Positions 25,601 through 37,543 of a stretch of 64,000 nt of DNA are shown here, in pieces. The number at the start of each line of letters is the position of its first letter. The first letter of the stretch is position 1. Position numbers and translations under genes: made by a program. The DNA is from Octopus vulgaris (lineage: Eukaryota): contig OX597839.1 of the NCBI GenBank assembly GCA_951406725.2, positions 25,420,001 through 25,484,000 of the forward strand. The letters run 5' to 3'. The notes under the pieces are model-generated. The model was given only the letters and a program-made list of their open reading frames with translations, was not told where the DNA came from and did no database searches.

Positions 25601-27866
25601 AGTCATTAGTGCCATGAGAATTGAAGATGGTTCAAAAACCAGCTACGCGAAGCAAAATTTACCCTCTGATCTTTCAACACCGAGTAACAGTGGAGATATT
25701 GCTAACTCCCAGTCACATTCTGGAAAGTTCTGTGAGGAATTTGTGTCTAAGAATTTTGACATTAATAACTCTTATTTGTTTCCAAATAATCTGTCACCAG
25801 ACAAAGCTACAGATCTTTATTCACATGTTTCAGAGAACAGACAAAAGAAATTTGTAATGAAGGAGAACCCGATACAGTCTCAGAGCCCCACAGCAATTGA
25901 AGGTACATCTTTATCACTAATTGAAACTTTATCCCAAGAGAACAACTTCACTGATTCTTTATCTTGTTCTTCGAATAATCTCAGTTCCATTGAAGCTAAT
26001 CGTGCTGAACTGTCTGACACATATTTTAATGTTTCCAAAGACAGTTCCATCTGTCTGGAAGATGGATCTGATAATTCTATTGAGATGAACTATTGCAGTA
26101 AGAGCGACATAACGTCAGCACTAAGCGAAAACTACTGTCATGGCATCACAAATGATTCTAAAAACCAAGACAGTCTCAATAGTTCTGCTTGTTCTGACCG
26201 CTCCCTGAATTCTAGCTCCCTCTCTGACCTCATTCCTGTGTCTTCAGATTCTTGGCATTTTCTCGCAGAATACCCTGAGGGAAATAAGGAAGATTCTAAT
26301 ATTACTCTGTCGGATTCTTATTTATGGAATACCTCGTGTGATTCAGAATTGTCCAATTCTTGGTGCTATACTTCTCAAAATTCTCTCAATAAACTGCCAG
26401 ATTCCTCTATTTATCAATGTTCCACACCTTGCAGAGCTGGTGAAGCTCTGCCTCTTAACAAGACTCCTGACATTAATAAAGCGCATGCCTTGCCTCAGTC
26501 TGAGAGTCCATTAACAAATATTTCTAGAATTTTAAAAGATATTTTTGTCAAAGACGTTTCACCTGTACAAACCCCCTTCAAATCTCCCTTGCATCTTAGC
26601 CAAAATGGAAAAAACCACAGAACCATTTCAACTCCTTCCTCTATTGATAACAGAGAAAATATGTCTGCTATACAAGAGGAAAGCGTTCTGTCTTTTAAGA
26701 AAGAATTACCTAGCAGCAATGAGAGTGAAACCAATGTGATGGCCCCTGATTCACAACAAATCAGTCCTATTGGGAATAGGGGCCTTGAATCCTTAATGAA
26801 CAACCTCAATTTAAGTTCTAACAGCATTTCCAAAGAAACTTCACCAATAATGTCTTTGGAAACTCTGAAGAAAGGCACTGCAGTTACTCTGAGTTCTTCA
26901 GAGCCAGCCATTGCAGTTTCAAAGCCAAAAGCTAAAAAGTCCAAAAGCAAAGTCTTAGAGTCAAAATCCAGTGACTCCGAAGTGGCGCTAGCCAAAAGGA
27001 AGAAATTAAGACGGCGTGCTTTAAGCATTATTCCTTTAAAACTAGATAGAGTGACTGAGGAACCAGTAAAGGATGTCAATGTTGTAGATATGGAATGTTT
27101 TCAGGAATCTACCAGCTCTTTGGAATTTAGGTCTGCTGAAGAAACCAATCAAAGTTCGTCTGGTTCCAAAGTTAAACAACTCAGAACCCGAAAGTCTGCG
27201 AGTTATTCCAACGAACCAGTGAAAGATCTCGGTGTTGTGCACATGGAATGTTGCAGTAACGAAATGGCCGTACTTCTGGAAGTTAACCCAGCGGCGGAGG
27301 AGGAAGAAGAAAAAGACCAAAGTGCGTCTGTTTCTAATGTGAAACCACGAAGAGCTCGAAAATCAGTTCGTAATTTGAGGGAAACGAATTCAAAGACGAG
27401 AGGTTCAAAATCAAAAACTGTGCAAAACAATAACAAGGAGCATTCTGGAGCAAAGCTAAACGATGTTGAAATGGATTCTTCTCAAGAATCTTCCAACACC
27501 ACATCATTTCGCAGATGCAGCAAGCGAAAATCAATTGAAGTCTCTTTGATGCTAAGTAAAAAACAAGAACCTGATTTGAAGGTTGTTACAGATGAGGAAA
27601 ATGTCAATGGTCTGAAAGAGGTTTACCTGCAGAAGAACTACAAACCCATCAAGGCGGTTCAACTGGAAACCATTTACGAGTGCCCGACTAAAAAAGGGCC
27701 CAGCACCTTGTTCGGCAAGAAGAAAATGTCCAGAACTCTCAGCTTTGAGTCGAATCCTGTCAAGTTAAAATACAGGAGGAAGAAAGCTTTGAAAAATTGG
27801 CCGTTTATGTTTGATGTCTTGGATGCCGCTGATAAACGGCAGATAATATTTTGTGACGAAATCTGA
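25542..27866 (+). CDS. Tantalus-domain protein (PRR14/PRR14L/tantalus-like), large Ser-rich disordered ORF
   Basis: 774-codon uninterrupted ORF; C-terminal LKEVYLQKNYKPIKAVQLETIYECP...KKKMSRTLSF matches the Tantalus consensus LEEIYTNKNYK..LETIFEEP; first in-frame ATG at 25614. Confidence 0.8.
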   Translation: MEVLATLNAEASVPQECLIKVISAMRIEDGSKTSYAKQNLPSDLSTPSNSGDIANSQSHSGKFCEEFVSKNFDINNSYLFPNNLSPDKATDLYSHVSENRQKKFVMKENPIQSQSPTAIEGTSLSLIETLSQENNFTDSLSCSSNNLSSIEANRAELSDTYFNVSKDSSICLEDGSDNSIEMNYCSKSDITSALSENYCHGITNDSKNQDSLNSSACSDRSLNSSSLSDLIPVSSDSWHFLAEYPEGNKEDSNITLSDSYLWNTSCDSELSNSWCYTSQNSLNKLPDSSIYQCSTPCRAGEALPLNKTPDINKAHALPQSESPLTNISRILKDIFVKDVSPVQTPFKSPLHLSQNGKNHRTISTPSSIDNRENMSAIQEESVLSFKKELPSSNESETNVMAPDSQQISPIGNRGLESLMNNLNLSSNSISKETSPIMSLETLKKGTAVTLSSSEPAIAVSKPKAKKSKSKVLESKSSDSEVALAKRKKLRRRALSIIPLKLDRVTEEPVKDVNVVDMECFQESTSSLEFRSAEETNQSSSGSKVKQLRTRKSASYSNEPVKDLGVVHMECCSNEMAVLLEVNPAAEEEEEKDQSASVSNVKPRRARKSVRNLRETNSKTRGSKSKTVQNNNKEHSGAKLNDVEMDSSQESSNTTSFRRCSKRKSIEVSLMLSKKQEPDLKVVTDEENVNGLKEVYLQKNYKPIKAVQLETIYECPTKKGPSTLFGKKKMSRTLSFESNPVKLKYRRKKALKNWPFMFDVLDAADKRQIIFCDEI

Positions 27867-27992
27867 ATCAATCTTATCAGATCAAATCACATTTTCTCAC
27901 AAACACAGATCTACACATGTCATTACATACACACATGTTTATACAAACACACACATGAATATACACATCTCTCTGTGTCTCTCTCCCCCTCC

Positions 27993-28034
<42 letters not shown>

Positions 28035-28041
<7 letters not shown>

Positions 28042-28400
28042 AAATAGAAAAAAAAAACACCTTTTATCAATTCAAAATGAACTATAAAATTAAATTATAC
28101 CATCCGGAAAATTACATAAAATTAAAATAACAATAAAATTTCAATGATTAAGTAAATTGCAAAAAAATAATAAAAACGCATATAATTGGTAGAATAATAA
28201 TTTTAATTTTAATATTTCTAATATATGTAATTTTCCGGATGGTGTAATTTAATTTTATTGTTCATTTTGAATGGATAAAAGATGTTTTTTTCTAATTTTT
28301 TTATATATATATTATATTGTGTGAAATTTGATTTAGTATTTCTAAATTGAATTTTTATTTCCCTGTAAGTTTGGATTTATATTCCCTCAAATAATAATTA
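28035..28400. repeat. AT-rich fold-back element
   Basis: Arms ~28037-28118 / 28223-28303; terminal CCCTGTAAGTTTGGATTTA shared (inverted) with the palindrome at 32730-32975. Confidence 0.7.
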
Positions 28401-28406
28401 TATATA

Positions 28407-28458
<52 letters not shown>

Positions 28459-28462
<4 letters not shown>

Positions 28463-29691
28463 GTTGTTTCACATGAAATATTATATTTGAAAGCAATAAA
28501 ATGTTTTAGAAGTGTTAGAGAACTGATTTATTTAATCAAATATGATCCATCCTCATTTATGACGTTTACCCAACGCTTCTCTATGTCATAATTTCCATCT
28601 TTAAAAACAAATTTCATCTTCTGCTGTGATAAACTGTCCGAATGCTTCAATTACCTCTTCTCTATTTTCGAATGTTTTATTATTTATGAAAAGCTCAAAA
28701 TGCTTAAATAAGTGATGACCAGTAGGAGAGATATCAGTGGGATGTTGCAAAATCTCATAATTAAGGCTTTGCAACTTTTGGACCATAGCTTGTGAAGTGT
28801 GAGGACGTGCGTTATTGTGGAGCAAAATTGGGCCATCTCTGTTCACTAGTCTGGGTTGCTTCTTTTTCAAATTCTCATGAATACAATCAATTTCCTGGCA
28901 GTATGATGTTGCTGTTACCGTTTTCCCTTGTTGCAAAAATAAATAATAAATAACTCCCTTTGCAGACCACCATACAGTGACCACTAACTTTTTAGGGTAC
29001 AGTGGTGGGTTTGGGTAGTATTTAGGTGACACTCCTGCGTCTAATCCCTGTCCTGTTCTCCTTTTGTCAAAGAGTATCCATTTCTCATCACAAGTAATGA
29101 TTTGATGCAAAAATGGTCTTTTTCCAGTTGAGAAAGCAATAAGGAGCATTCTTTGAGGTGTCTTTTTTTTTAATATCGTTCAGTTGATGTGGAACAAACC
29201 TATCCATTTTCTTGACTTTTCTAGTTTTTTACAGGTGTCCAAAAACAGGTGTGTGAGATGTTTCAAGTTCTGATGAAATTTTTCGAACCTTTATTATCAG
29301 ATTTTGTCAATCAAAGCATTTTATCTGTCATGCCGAATAGCTAATTTTGGTCTACCCCTTGGTTTATTTTCAAGGCCATCATTTCCTGAATGAGAGCTTT
29401 GGAACCATCTCTGAACAGTTCTGATGTTAACAAAACCATTACCAAAGGTCTACTTGATATTCCGTAGAGCTTCTGCGGCAGAGTGACACAGTTTGTACTC
29501 TTTCGAGAAATTCACGCAACATAGTTTGGTTGTTATCATTTTCATAAGGTCTGTGGGTATAAATTTTGTATACCAATATTGTTGGGAAAGAAAAAGAGTC
29601 AAGATTAAATGCAAGGTATACATAATTGAGTTTTTTAATGACTGAAATAACAAGTAATTAAGACTGCAACATTTCATGTGTGACAACCTAA
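28459..29691 (-). mobile_element. Mariner transposon, near full length, degenerate
   Basis: TIRs TTAGGTTGT..CACATGAAAT at both ends, flanking TA; transposase motifs ITCDEKW, VWWSAKG, LHNNARPH, decayed SPDLAP; frameshifted. Confidence 0.9.
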
Positions 29692-29721
29692 TAATATATA
29701 TATACATATATATATATATCT

Positions 29722-30147
29722 AATGTAGGATAACATTTTTTCGAAAAAAAATTTTATCAATGGCCAGCATATTAAAAAATACCTTTAAAGGTTAAATTAT
29801 AAACAACTTATAAATAAGGGCAAACGAAAAAATTTCTAATGCCAAATATGCCGAAAATTGTACATATTGTCCATTTACCATATAATTTTTTTCTCAGTAC
29901 GCACGCTACTCGAAAAAAGGTCAACAGAAATCTCTAAAAAATTCCATTATTACCATATCGGACCTTTTTGAACTAACCCTGAAATCGGTCCGATATGGTA
30001 ATAATGGAATTTTTTAGAGATTTCTGTTGACCTTTTTTCGAGTAGCGTGCGTACTGAGAAAAAAATATATGGTAAATGGACAATATGTACAATTTTCGGC
30101 ATATTTGGCATTAGAAATTTTTTCGTTTGCCCTTATTTATGAGTTGT
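29722..30147. repeat. Asymmetric fold-back element
   Basis: Arms 29803-29964 / 29987-30147; same family at 32989-33468. Confidence 0.85.
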
Positions 30148-30298
30148 GTATATATCCCTCTCTCTCTTTCGGAGAGGCACTGAGCAGCTATACGCACACA
30201 TACACACACGGCAGTAACTTCCACCTACCGAATTCAATCACAAAGCTCCGGTCGGCTCAGGGCTATAGTGGAAGACACCTACCCAAAGTGCCACGCAG

Positions 30299-30330
<32 letters not shown>

Positions 30331-30342
30331 TGCATATATACA

Positions 30343-31818
30343 CAGGGTGCATAAGATACTTGAGGACAGATTTATGTTTATAGAAAAAGCAGATGTATAA
30401 TAACAGATAACTTTATTTATCAAAAATGCTATGAGGATAAAACTAAACCTTCTTTTCTATAATGTTATTCAATTAAGCCACCTTCAGCTTCAACAACTGC
30501 TTCTATATGAGATGTGAATCATCTTCATGCTCGAATCAAGTGGTCCTGGTTAATTCTGGACATTATTCTGACTATGGCAGCTTTCAAAGAATCTCTGGTG
30601 TTACGGGTGTGTTCATTGACCTCTCCCTCTCAATAACGCTCCACATGTAATAGTCCAATGGATTGAGATCTGGGGAATTAGGAGGCCAAATGTTAGGGGT
30701 TATGTGGTCATGAAGATTTTCAGCCATCCATTCCTGTGTTACTAGAGCCATATGGGTTAGTGCAGAGTCTTACTGAAACACATATAACCTTCCATTGCAT
30801 ATACTGTCTACCCAGGGCTTAACAATTGTTTCCAGGACCTCAATGTAGGTGGCAGAGTTAACTCTAAGGCCTTGTGGAAAGAAGTAAGGAGGCATCACAT
30901 GTCCTTCATTGCTGACAACCCCTAGAACCATGACAGTTGCAGGAAATTTTGTATGCTTGGAACTTCAGAACAGTCTGCACATAACCATGTCATTTCTTCT
31001 GTCAACTTTTTGATCTTGGTCAAAGATTTTTTCATTTGTGAAAAACCAAACTAATCTTCTTCTGCTGAATTTTTCAGTTTGTTTAACCCTTTCATTACCG
31101 AATAAATTTTGAGATTCTTTGTGTTTCTTTCAATTATTTCAAATATAACAAAGAATTTAGTAAAATAACTTGGTTATCATTCAGCTAGTGTTAGGAACAT
31201 AAATGGTGACTAACGTTTGGTGGAAGATTTTAATTCAAAATTTATGGAAACAAAACATTCGTACTCAGAGCCAGATCCGGTTTCAGCCGGGTTGGTAACG
31301 AAAGGGTTAAGAGCCTTTTAGATCTGATGTAGGGATTTTCTTTTGCTTTTTCTAACATAAATTAATCTTTCCTCATATAAAACTCAACGTCTGATGTCTT
31401 CGTGGACAACATTTCTGACTTCCTTCTGATACATGGGGATCTTTTGCAGTTGACCTCATGGACTTTCTGGGATTGTAATTAATGGTCTATTGAACCTGGT
31501 GGATAAATTCAGGTGTTCTGCTGATTTCAGAGCATTTAGAATGCTTTTTATGCTTTGATACTAGTAACATGTTTCCATCTTCAGTCTCTATCTCCTTACA
31601 AACTTTGTAGACGAAAGATCTGGCAACTTTTAAAACTCAAGATATTTCTAAATCGCTATGCTCAGCCTTTATTACCACAATAATGGCATGCCTCTTCATT
31701 TCTTGAGTAAGCTGAGGGTCTGCCATTATTATTTTCTGAAGCAAAGATTATACAGGGTCAGTAAAATATGCCAGAATGATCAAGGAAAGGTATGTCCTCA
31801 AATACCTTATGCACTCTC
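30343..31818 (-). mobile_element. Tc1/mariner-superfamily (maT/DD37D-like) transposon relic
   Basis: TIR CAGGGTGCATAAGATACTTGAGGACA and its imperfect inverse; minus strand reads VMVLGVVSNEGHVMPPYFF and WPPNSPDLNPLDYYMW; interrupted by a TTAA MITE. Confidence 0.8.
31087..31306. mobile_element. piggyBac-type TTAA MITE, family A (220 bp)
   Basis: TTAA|CCCTTTC...GAAAGGG|TTAA; further copies at ~13600-13822, 13885-14107, 52201-52396, 52489-52710, 57030-57236, 57328-57530. Confidence 0.8.
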
Positions 31819-31822
31819 TCTT

Positions 31823-31857
<35 letters not shown>

Positions 31858-31875
31858 GATATAGTGTATGTTTAA

Positions 31876-32095
31876 CCCTTTAGTGTTTAAACCGGCCATA
31901 TCCGGCCCAAATATTCTACATGTTTTATATTCAAACTGGCGACATCTAGCCTCTCACTCCTAACCTACAATGCCATTCTGAAAATAAACAATCACATCAT
32001 TGAAACCTCAAAGCTATAAGATAATGCATGATTAATTCAAAACAATTTGAGTGAAAAAGTATTACATTTGACCGAGTAATCTGAACATTAAAGGG
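31876..32095. mobile_element. piggyBac-type TTAA MITE, family B
   Basis: TTAA|CCCTTTAG...TAAAGGG|TTAA, 220 bp. Confidence 0.8.
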
Positions 32096-32452
32096 TTAAA
32101 CACATAGAGAATCCACTTATAGGTATTCTATGCATTAAGTTCTATGACCACAAAAAATTGGGATAAAAATTCGGGAAATGAAAAACATTTACCATCCAGT
32201 ATCCTGTTTTTCATTTCCAAATTTATTCTTGTCGAATTTTCATCCCAATTTTTTGTGGTCATAGAACTTAGCTGTTCTTTCTAATGCGTAAAATCCCTAT
32301 AAGTGGATTTCTTATGTGTTTAAATATACACTATATCGTATGACTAATATATAGTCTTTTTGACTAAAAATTTTTTTACGCGTTGGACTACTGGAAATAT
32401 AAATTTTGATTGAATGTTTTTAATTTTAATTAAATTCCATTTCCCTTTGATA

Positions 32453-32490
<38 letters not shown>

Positions 32491-32698
32491 CACACGCATA
32501 CACAAAGAACATGAAATTATCCATACATGTACCCCTATATATTGTAGGGTGCAGACATGGCTATGTCTATGTGGTTAAGAACTTTTTGTACAATATAGTG
32601 GTTCCAGGTTCAATCCTGTAACACAGTTCTTCTACCGTAGCCTCTGGTTGACAGACACCATGTATGAAAAATTTGATAGACGGAAAGTGTACAGAAAT

Positions 32699-32733
<35 letters not shown>

Positions 32734-32988
32734 GGGAGTAAATCCAAACTTACAGGGAAAAATTAGATTTAGGATTAAATATAATTTTATAGTATAAATA
32801 TATATTATATTAAATTAGAGATAAAACCACTATTAGGCAAATCAAACAGTGAAAATCATAAGTCAATACATAGAAATAAAATTAATTAAAAAAAATATAA
32901 AATATAAAATTCCAAATTAAAATATTCTATTGATTTGCCTAATAGTGGTTTTATCTCTAATTTAATATAATATATATATATATATATA

Positions 32989-33468
32989 CATAAATGAGGG
33001 CAAGGAAAAAAATTTCTAATGCCAAATATGCCGAAAAATTGGACATATTGTCCATTAACCATATAGTTTTTTCACAATACGCACGTTACTCGAATAAAGG
33101 TCAACAAATTTCTATAAAAAATTCCAAAATTCCATTATTACCATATCGGACCGATTTCAGAGTTAGCTACTAAGAGCCCTCTCTTCATAACTAACTCTGA
33201 AATCGGTCCAATATGGTAATAATGGAATTTTATAGAAATTTCTGTCAGCCTTTTTCGAGTAGCGTGCGTATTGTGAAAAAATTATGTGGTTAATGGACAA
33301 TATGTCCAATTTTTCGGCATATTTGGCATTAGAAATTTTTTTTCCCTTGCCCTCATTTATGAATTATATAAATTTAACCGTTAAAGGTATTTTTTAATAT
33401 GCTGGCCATTGATAAAATTGTTTTCGAGAAAATATTTTTTTTCGAAAAGAATTTTATCCTCACATTTG
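32989..33468. repeat. Asymmetric fold-back element (same family as 29.7 kb)
   Basis: Arms 32989-33166 / 33191-33361 plus an unpaired extension. Confidence 0.85.
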
Positions 33469-34029
33469 ATATATATATATACATACGCATGTGTTTATGT
33501 GAGTGTGGTGTAAGAACTAGTATATTCAAACCAAAATTCCTTGAAGAATCGATGTCTGACTGAGTCATCCCCCCCCCTGTGGGGATATGGTTACTTTGCA
33601 TTTAACACCTGGCCAGGACTATGTAATATGTACTAGACTAGACAGATATTTAACTAAAATTCGTTAATATATTGCTCCAGCATGGGCTCAGTTAATGAAT
33701 GCAGTAAATGAAAACAACTATGCCATGCATATAACTCAATATTTTCAAGTTTTAATCTGTTTTAATATTAAAATTTACATATAAAAATCCAAGTTTTATT
33801 TGTCAGTTTGTGTGATTCTTTTTTTTTTGTTTGTTGTTGTTTGTTTGGAGTTATTTAATCTTTTAATTATGTTTCCCTCTAACAATCTTTGTACAGTCTT
33901 CTTATAATTCACTGGTGAGGTTAGAATATAACTGAAACATGTTCAGAGTTATCTCCCATGCTTGACAAAAATTCTGGAAATAATTTAGTGACTGACAATT
34001 GTTGTGATTTCTTTTGTTGGCTTTGACTT

Positions 34030-34178
34030 GGCTCGGTCACTCGTTGGATCAGTGTCCTCCAGTCAGTTCTATCCTGGGCCGCTTCTTTCAGATTGGTTAT
34101 GTCCATTCTGGTATCACTCCTGATGGTGCCAAGCCAGCGGGTTCTTGGTCGGCCTCTTCCTCTCTTGCCACTGACCAA
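34030..34178 (-). mobile_element. RTE LINE 3' fragment
   Basis: VSGKRGRGRPRTRWLGTI...AAQDRTDWR. Confidence 0.75.
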
Positions 34179-34310
34179 GTATTTTATGCTATAGCCCTAG
34201 GCCGACCAAGGCCTTATACATATATATACATATAATTATATATATCTATATATATACATATATATATATCTATATATATACACATATATATATATCTATA
34301 TATATATATA

Positions 34311-34550
34311 TACAATTGCAGCGTGGAAGGTGTTTGTAAGCCATTTAAGAAACACACAAAAGCCGTTCGATTCACTTCAACATTTAAGTTTAATTTGTCA
34401 AATATTTTGACAAATTAAACTTAAATGTTGAAGTGAATCGAACGGCTTTTGTGTGTTTCTTAAATGGCTTATAAACACCTTCCACGCTGCAATTGTTTTC
34501 GTTTCAGCACACGATCTCAGATCAAATTACTTGCTATGCGAGTACATCTC
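34311..34550. repeat. Asymmetric fold-back element (same family as 15.7 kb)
   Basis: Near-perfect ~90-bp arms centred at ~34403. Confidence 0.85.
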
Positions 34551-35254
34551 CCTATATATATACACACATATATATATATCTATCTATATATATACATATA
34601 TATATATATCTATATACATATATATATATATATATATACATATATATATGAGTGGATTTGGTAGATGGAAACTGAAAGAAGCCCATTGTGCACGTGTGTG
34701 TGTGTACTTTTGAATCTGTGTTTATCCTCTGCCATTGCTTGCCGGCCAGTAATGGCATGTTTATGTCTCGGTAACTTAGCGGTTTGGCAAAAGAGACCAA
34801 CAGAATAAGTTTAAAATAAAGATAAGTCCTGGGGTCGATTCATTCGACTGAAAATACTCGAAGGTGTTGCTCCAGCATGGCCGCAGTTTACTGAGTGAAA
34901 CAAAGAAAAGATGAAAGCTACATCTGGCAATGGTTATGTTCTGTGCTCACATGAGCAACACTGAATCTCTCTGGTCAACAAATCCTCCAGTGGCAATCTT
35001 GGAGAAATGTGAAACGGAAAACTCCCTTACTCAAAAAGCATGTAAGAGTTAGTAACAAGACGAGATGAGCATCTGGCTGTTAAACAATGGTTCAACAATA
35101 TGTATTCATCTAACACATGCTTGTATGGAAAAACAGACGTAAAAACAAACAAGATGTTTAACTTATTGAAATGTATAAAAAGAGTTTTAGTTTGGCTGGG
35201 AATATAGAGCCCATGGATAAACATTTATCTACCCACCTATCAATAGATTTATGG

Positions 35255-35578
35255 ATTGATAGATAACTTGGTGGATAGAGAAATAGACAGACAGGTAGAT
35301 AGATTGTTAGGTAGGTGGATGGATGGATAGATAGATATATATATAGATAGAGAGGTAGGTAGATAGATAAATAGATAGATAGGTAGGTAGATAGACAGGT
35401 AGGTAGGTGGATGGATGGATAGATAGATAGAGAGGTAGGTAGATAGATAAATAGATAGACAGGTAGGTAGGTAGGTGGATGGATGGATAGATAGATAAAT
35501 AGATAGATAGACAGGTAGGTAGATAGATAGAGAGGTAGATGGATGGATGGATAGATAGACAGGTAGATAGAGAGGTAG
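35255..35578. repeat. Compound (GATA)/(GGTA)/(GGAT) microsatellite
   Basis: Direct inspection. Confidence 0.95.
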
Positions 35579-36635
35579 TTACAACTATGATGTTGGTAAA
35601 ACATGTTTTTTGTCTATCTCCTTATCCTCTTGGAGATTTTGGGTAAAATTATACTAAAATTATACTTCTAATTTAATTAAATTCTATGTCTTTGTGCAGC
35701 TGAAGATTGCTCTACATTTTAAAATTGATGTCATACTTGCATTGTTCAATTAAATGGAGTCGCATGAAACGATCGTACTGCATTACCTCTGGACATCTTT
35801 GTTGCTTATTTTGATTTTAATCACCTTATTTTATAATATAATAATATAATGAAATTATTGTATACAGTGCTCAGTGCACCACAACTTGTCAGAAAGTGCG
35901 TATAAAGTACATGCAGTAATGTACAAATGTCTGGAAAAGCGAACAGTGTATGAGTCATGCTTGCGTGTGTATGGAAGGGAGAAAATCAGATGTAGTGTTG
36001 GCGAATCTCAGGAAGCATGGAAGTTTTGAAGGATGCAGTGCTCCGACAACCAACAACTGATGCCGGCAGTTTGTTCCATGCTTCAGCAACTCTCAGCGTG
36101 AAAAAATGTTTCCTAAAGTCATGGGAGCTGTGCTGTTTTCTGACTTTGTAAACATGTCCACGGGTGTTAGATGGGTGGAGTTTGAAAAGGTGCTCAGAGT
36201 TATTGTTTGAAATTGTATGGATAATACCATAAATTCTGGTGCCTCAACTTAAGTATTATATTCATCTGAATCTAGATAGATAGATAAATATAAATATAAA
36301 TACATGATAGATAGATAGAAAGAAATAAGATAGAAATTAGATAGATAGAGGCAAGAAAGATAGATGGCTAGATAGATACATGATGCATATAGATAGATGG
36401 CTGGATAGTGAAGGTATGTCGCCCGGTGGTTAAGATTTCGGGCTTATGATCATCAGGTCACGGGCTCGGTTCCTCGACGGGGCAGTACTTTATGTTCTCA
36501 GATAAAGCACTATATTTCACGTTGCTCCGGTTTAATCATCAGGTTTCAGTCATTAGCTACGGCCATGCTGGGGTATCGCATAGAAGAACTTTAGTCGAAC
36601 AACCAATCGCCAGTACACTTTTTTTAAAAGCTTGG

Positions 36636-37066
36636 GACACATGGAAACTCCGACGTCTGGCAGCTGACTTGGCAGACACCCATAAAATTATCAACTATCT
36701 TACAAACAATAACTCTGAGCACCTTTTCAAACTCCACCCGTCTAACACCCATGGACATATTTACAAAGTCAGAAAACAGCACAGCTCCCATGACTTCAGG
36801 AAACATTTTTTCACTCTAAGAGTTGCTGAAGCATGGAACAAACTGCCGGCATCGGTTGTTAGTTGTCGGAGCATTGCATCCTTCAAAACTTCCATGCTTC
36901 CTGAGATTCGCCAACACTACACCTGATTTTCTCCCCTCCATACACACACAAGCATGTATCTGACTCATTCATTGTTCGCTTCCCAGACATTTGTACATTA
37001 CTGCATATACTCTGAAAAGTTGTGGTGCACCTGAGCACTGTATACAATAATTTCATTATAATTATT
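36636..37066 (+). mobile_element. CR1/L2-group LINE 3' end
   Basis: LRRLAADLADTHKII...WNKLPASVV...EIRQHYT*, 3'UTR and (ATT)n tail. Confidence 0.85.
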
Positions 37067-37443
37067 AAAAAAAATTTTTTTAAATTCTATCGGCCACCTT
37101 TTGTCGAACTGCAGGGGACGGAAGCACACCAACACCGGTTGGTAAGCGGTGACGGGTGACAAAGACACACAAACACACGTATATGTAAAGGACGGGCATC
37201 TTTCAGTTTCTGTCTACTTTTTTGAGGACAAAAAAAAAAAATAATAATAATAACAGAAATAGATGATAAAATTCATTTTCTATAAGAAACCAATGTTTCA
37301 GAAAGGATTTCTTAGTAGAAATGAAGAAATATTAAAAAAAAAACAAAAAGAAAAAAAGCTGTCAAATTAGAGATTAAGTAAAATAGAGTTCGCTCCCCTT
37401 GTATTCCGCGAATCGAAGACATTTGGTTCCGTTCAATGAATGA

Positions 37444-37543
37444 ATGGATCGATTTGTTGTGAAGAAACAGAAATTAATTGCTACAAATGAAAAACTAAAG
37501 GCATTGGAAGAAGAACATGACGAAAAAGAACCCAAAACTGAAG
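37444..37543 (+). CDS. ALKBH2: DNA oxidative demethylase ALKBH2, coding exon 1
   Basis: MDRFVVKKQKLIATNEKLKALEEEHDEKEPKTE; start matches human MDRFLVK (APIM motif); gtattg donor; phase 1 fits exon 2. Confidence 0.85.

Noticed and set aside
26495-27871. Minus-strand ORFs overlapping the Tantalus-like gene
   Set aside because: Antisense shadows of a long coding exon, with no recognisable motifs
28601-29149. Mariner ORF as an active or domesticated transposase
   Set aside because: Catalytic motifs are altered (HNNARPH, no YSPDLAP) and the N-terminal region is frameshifted
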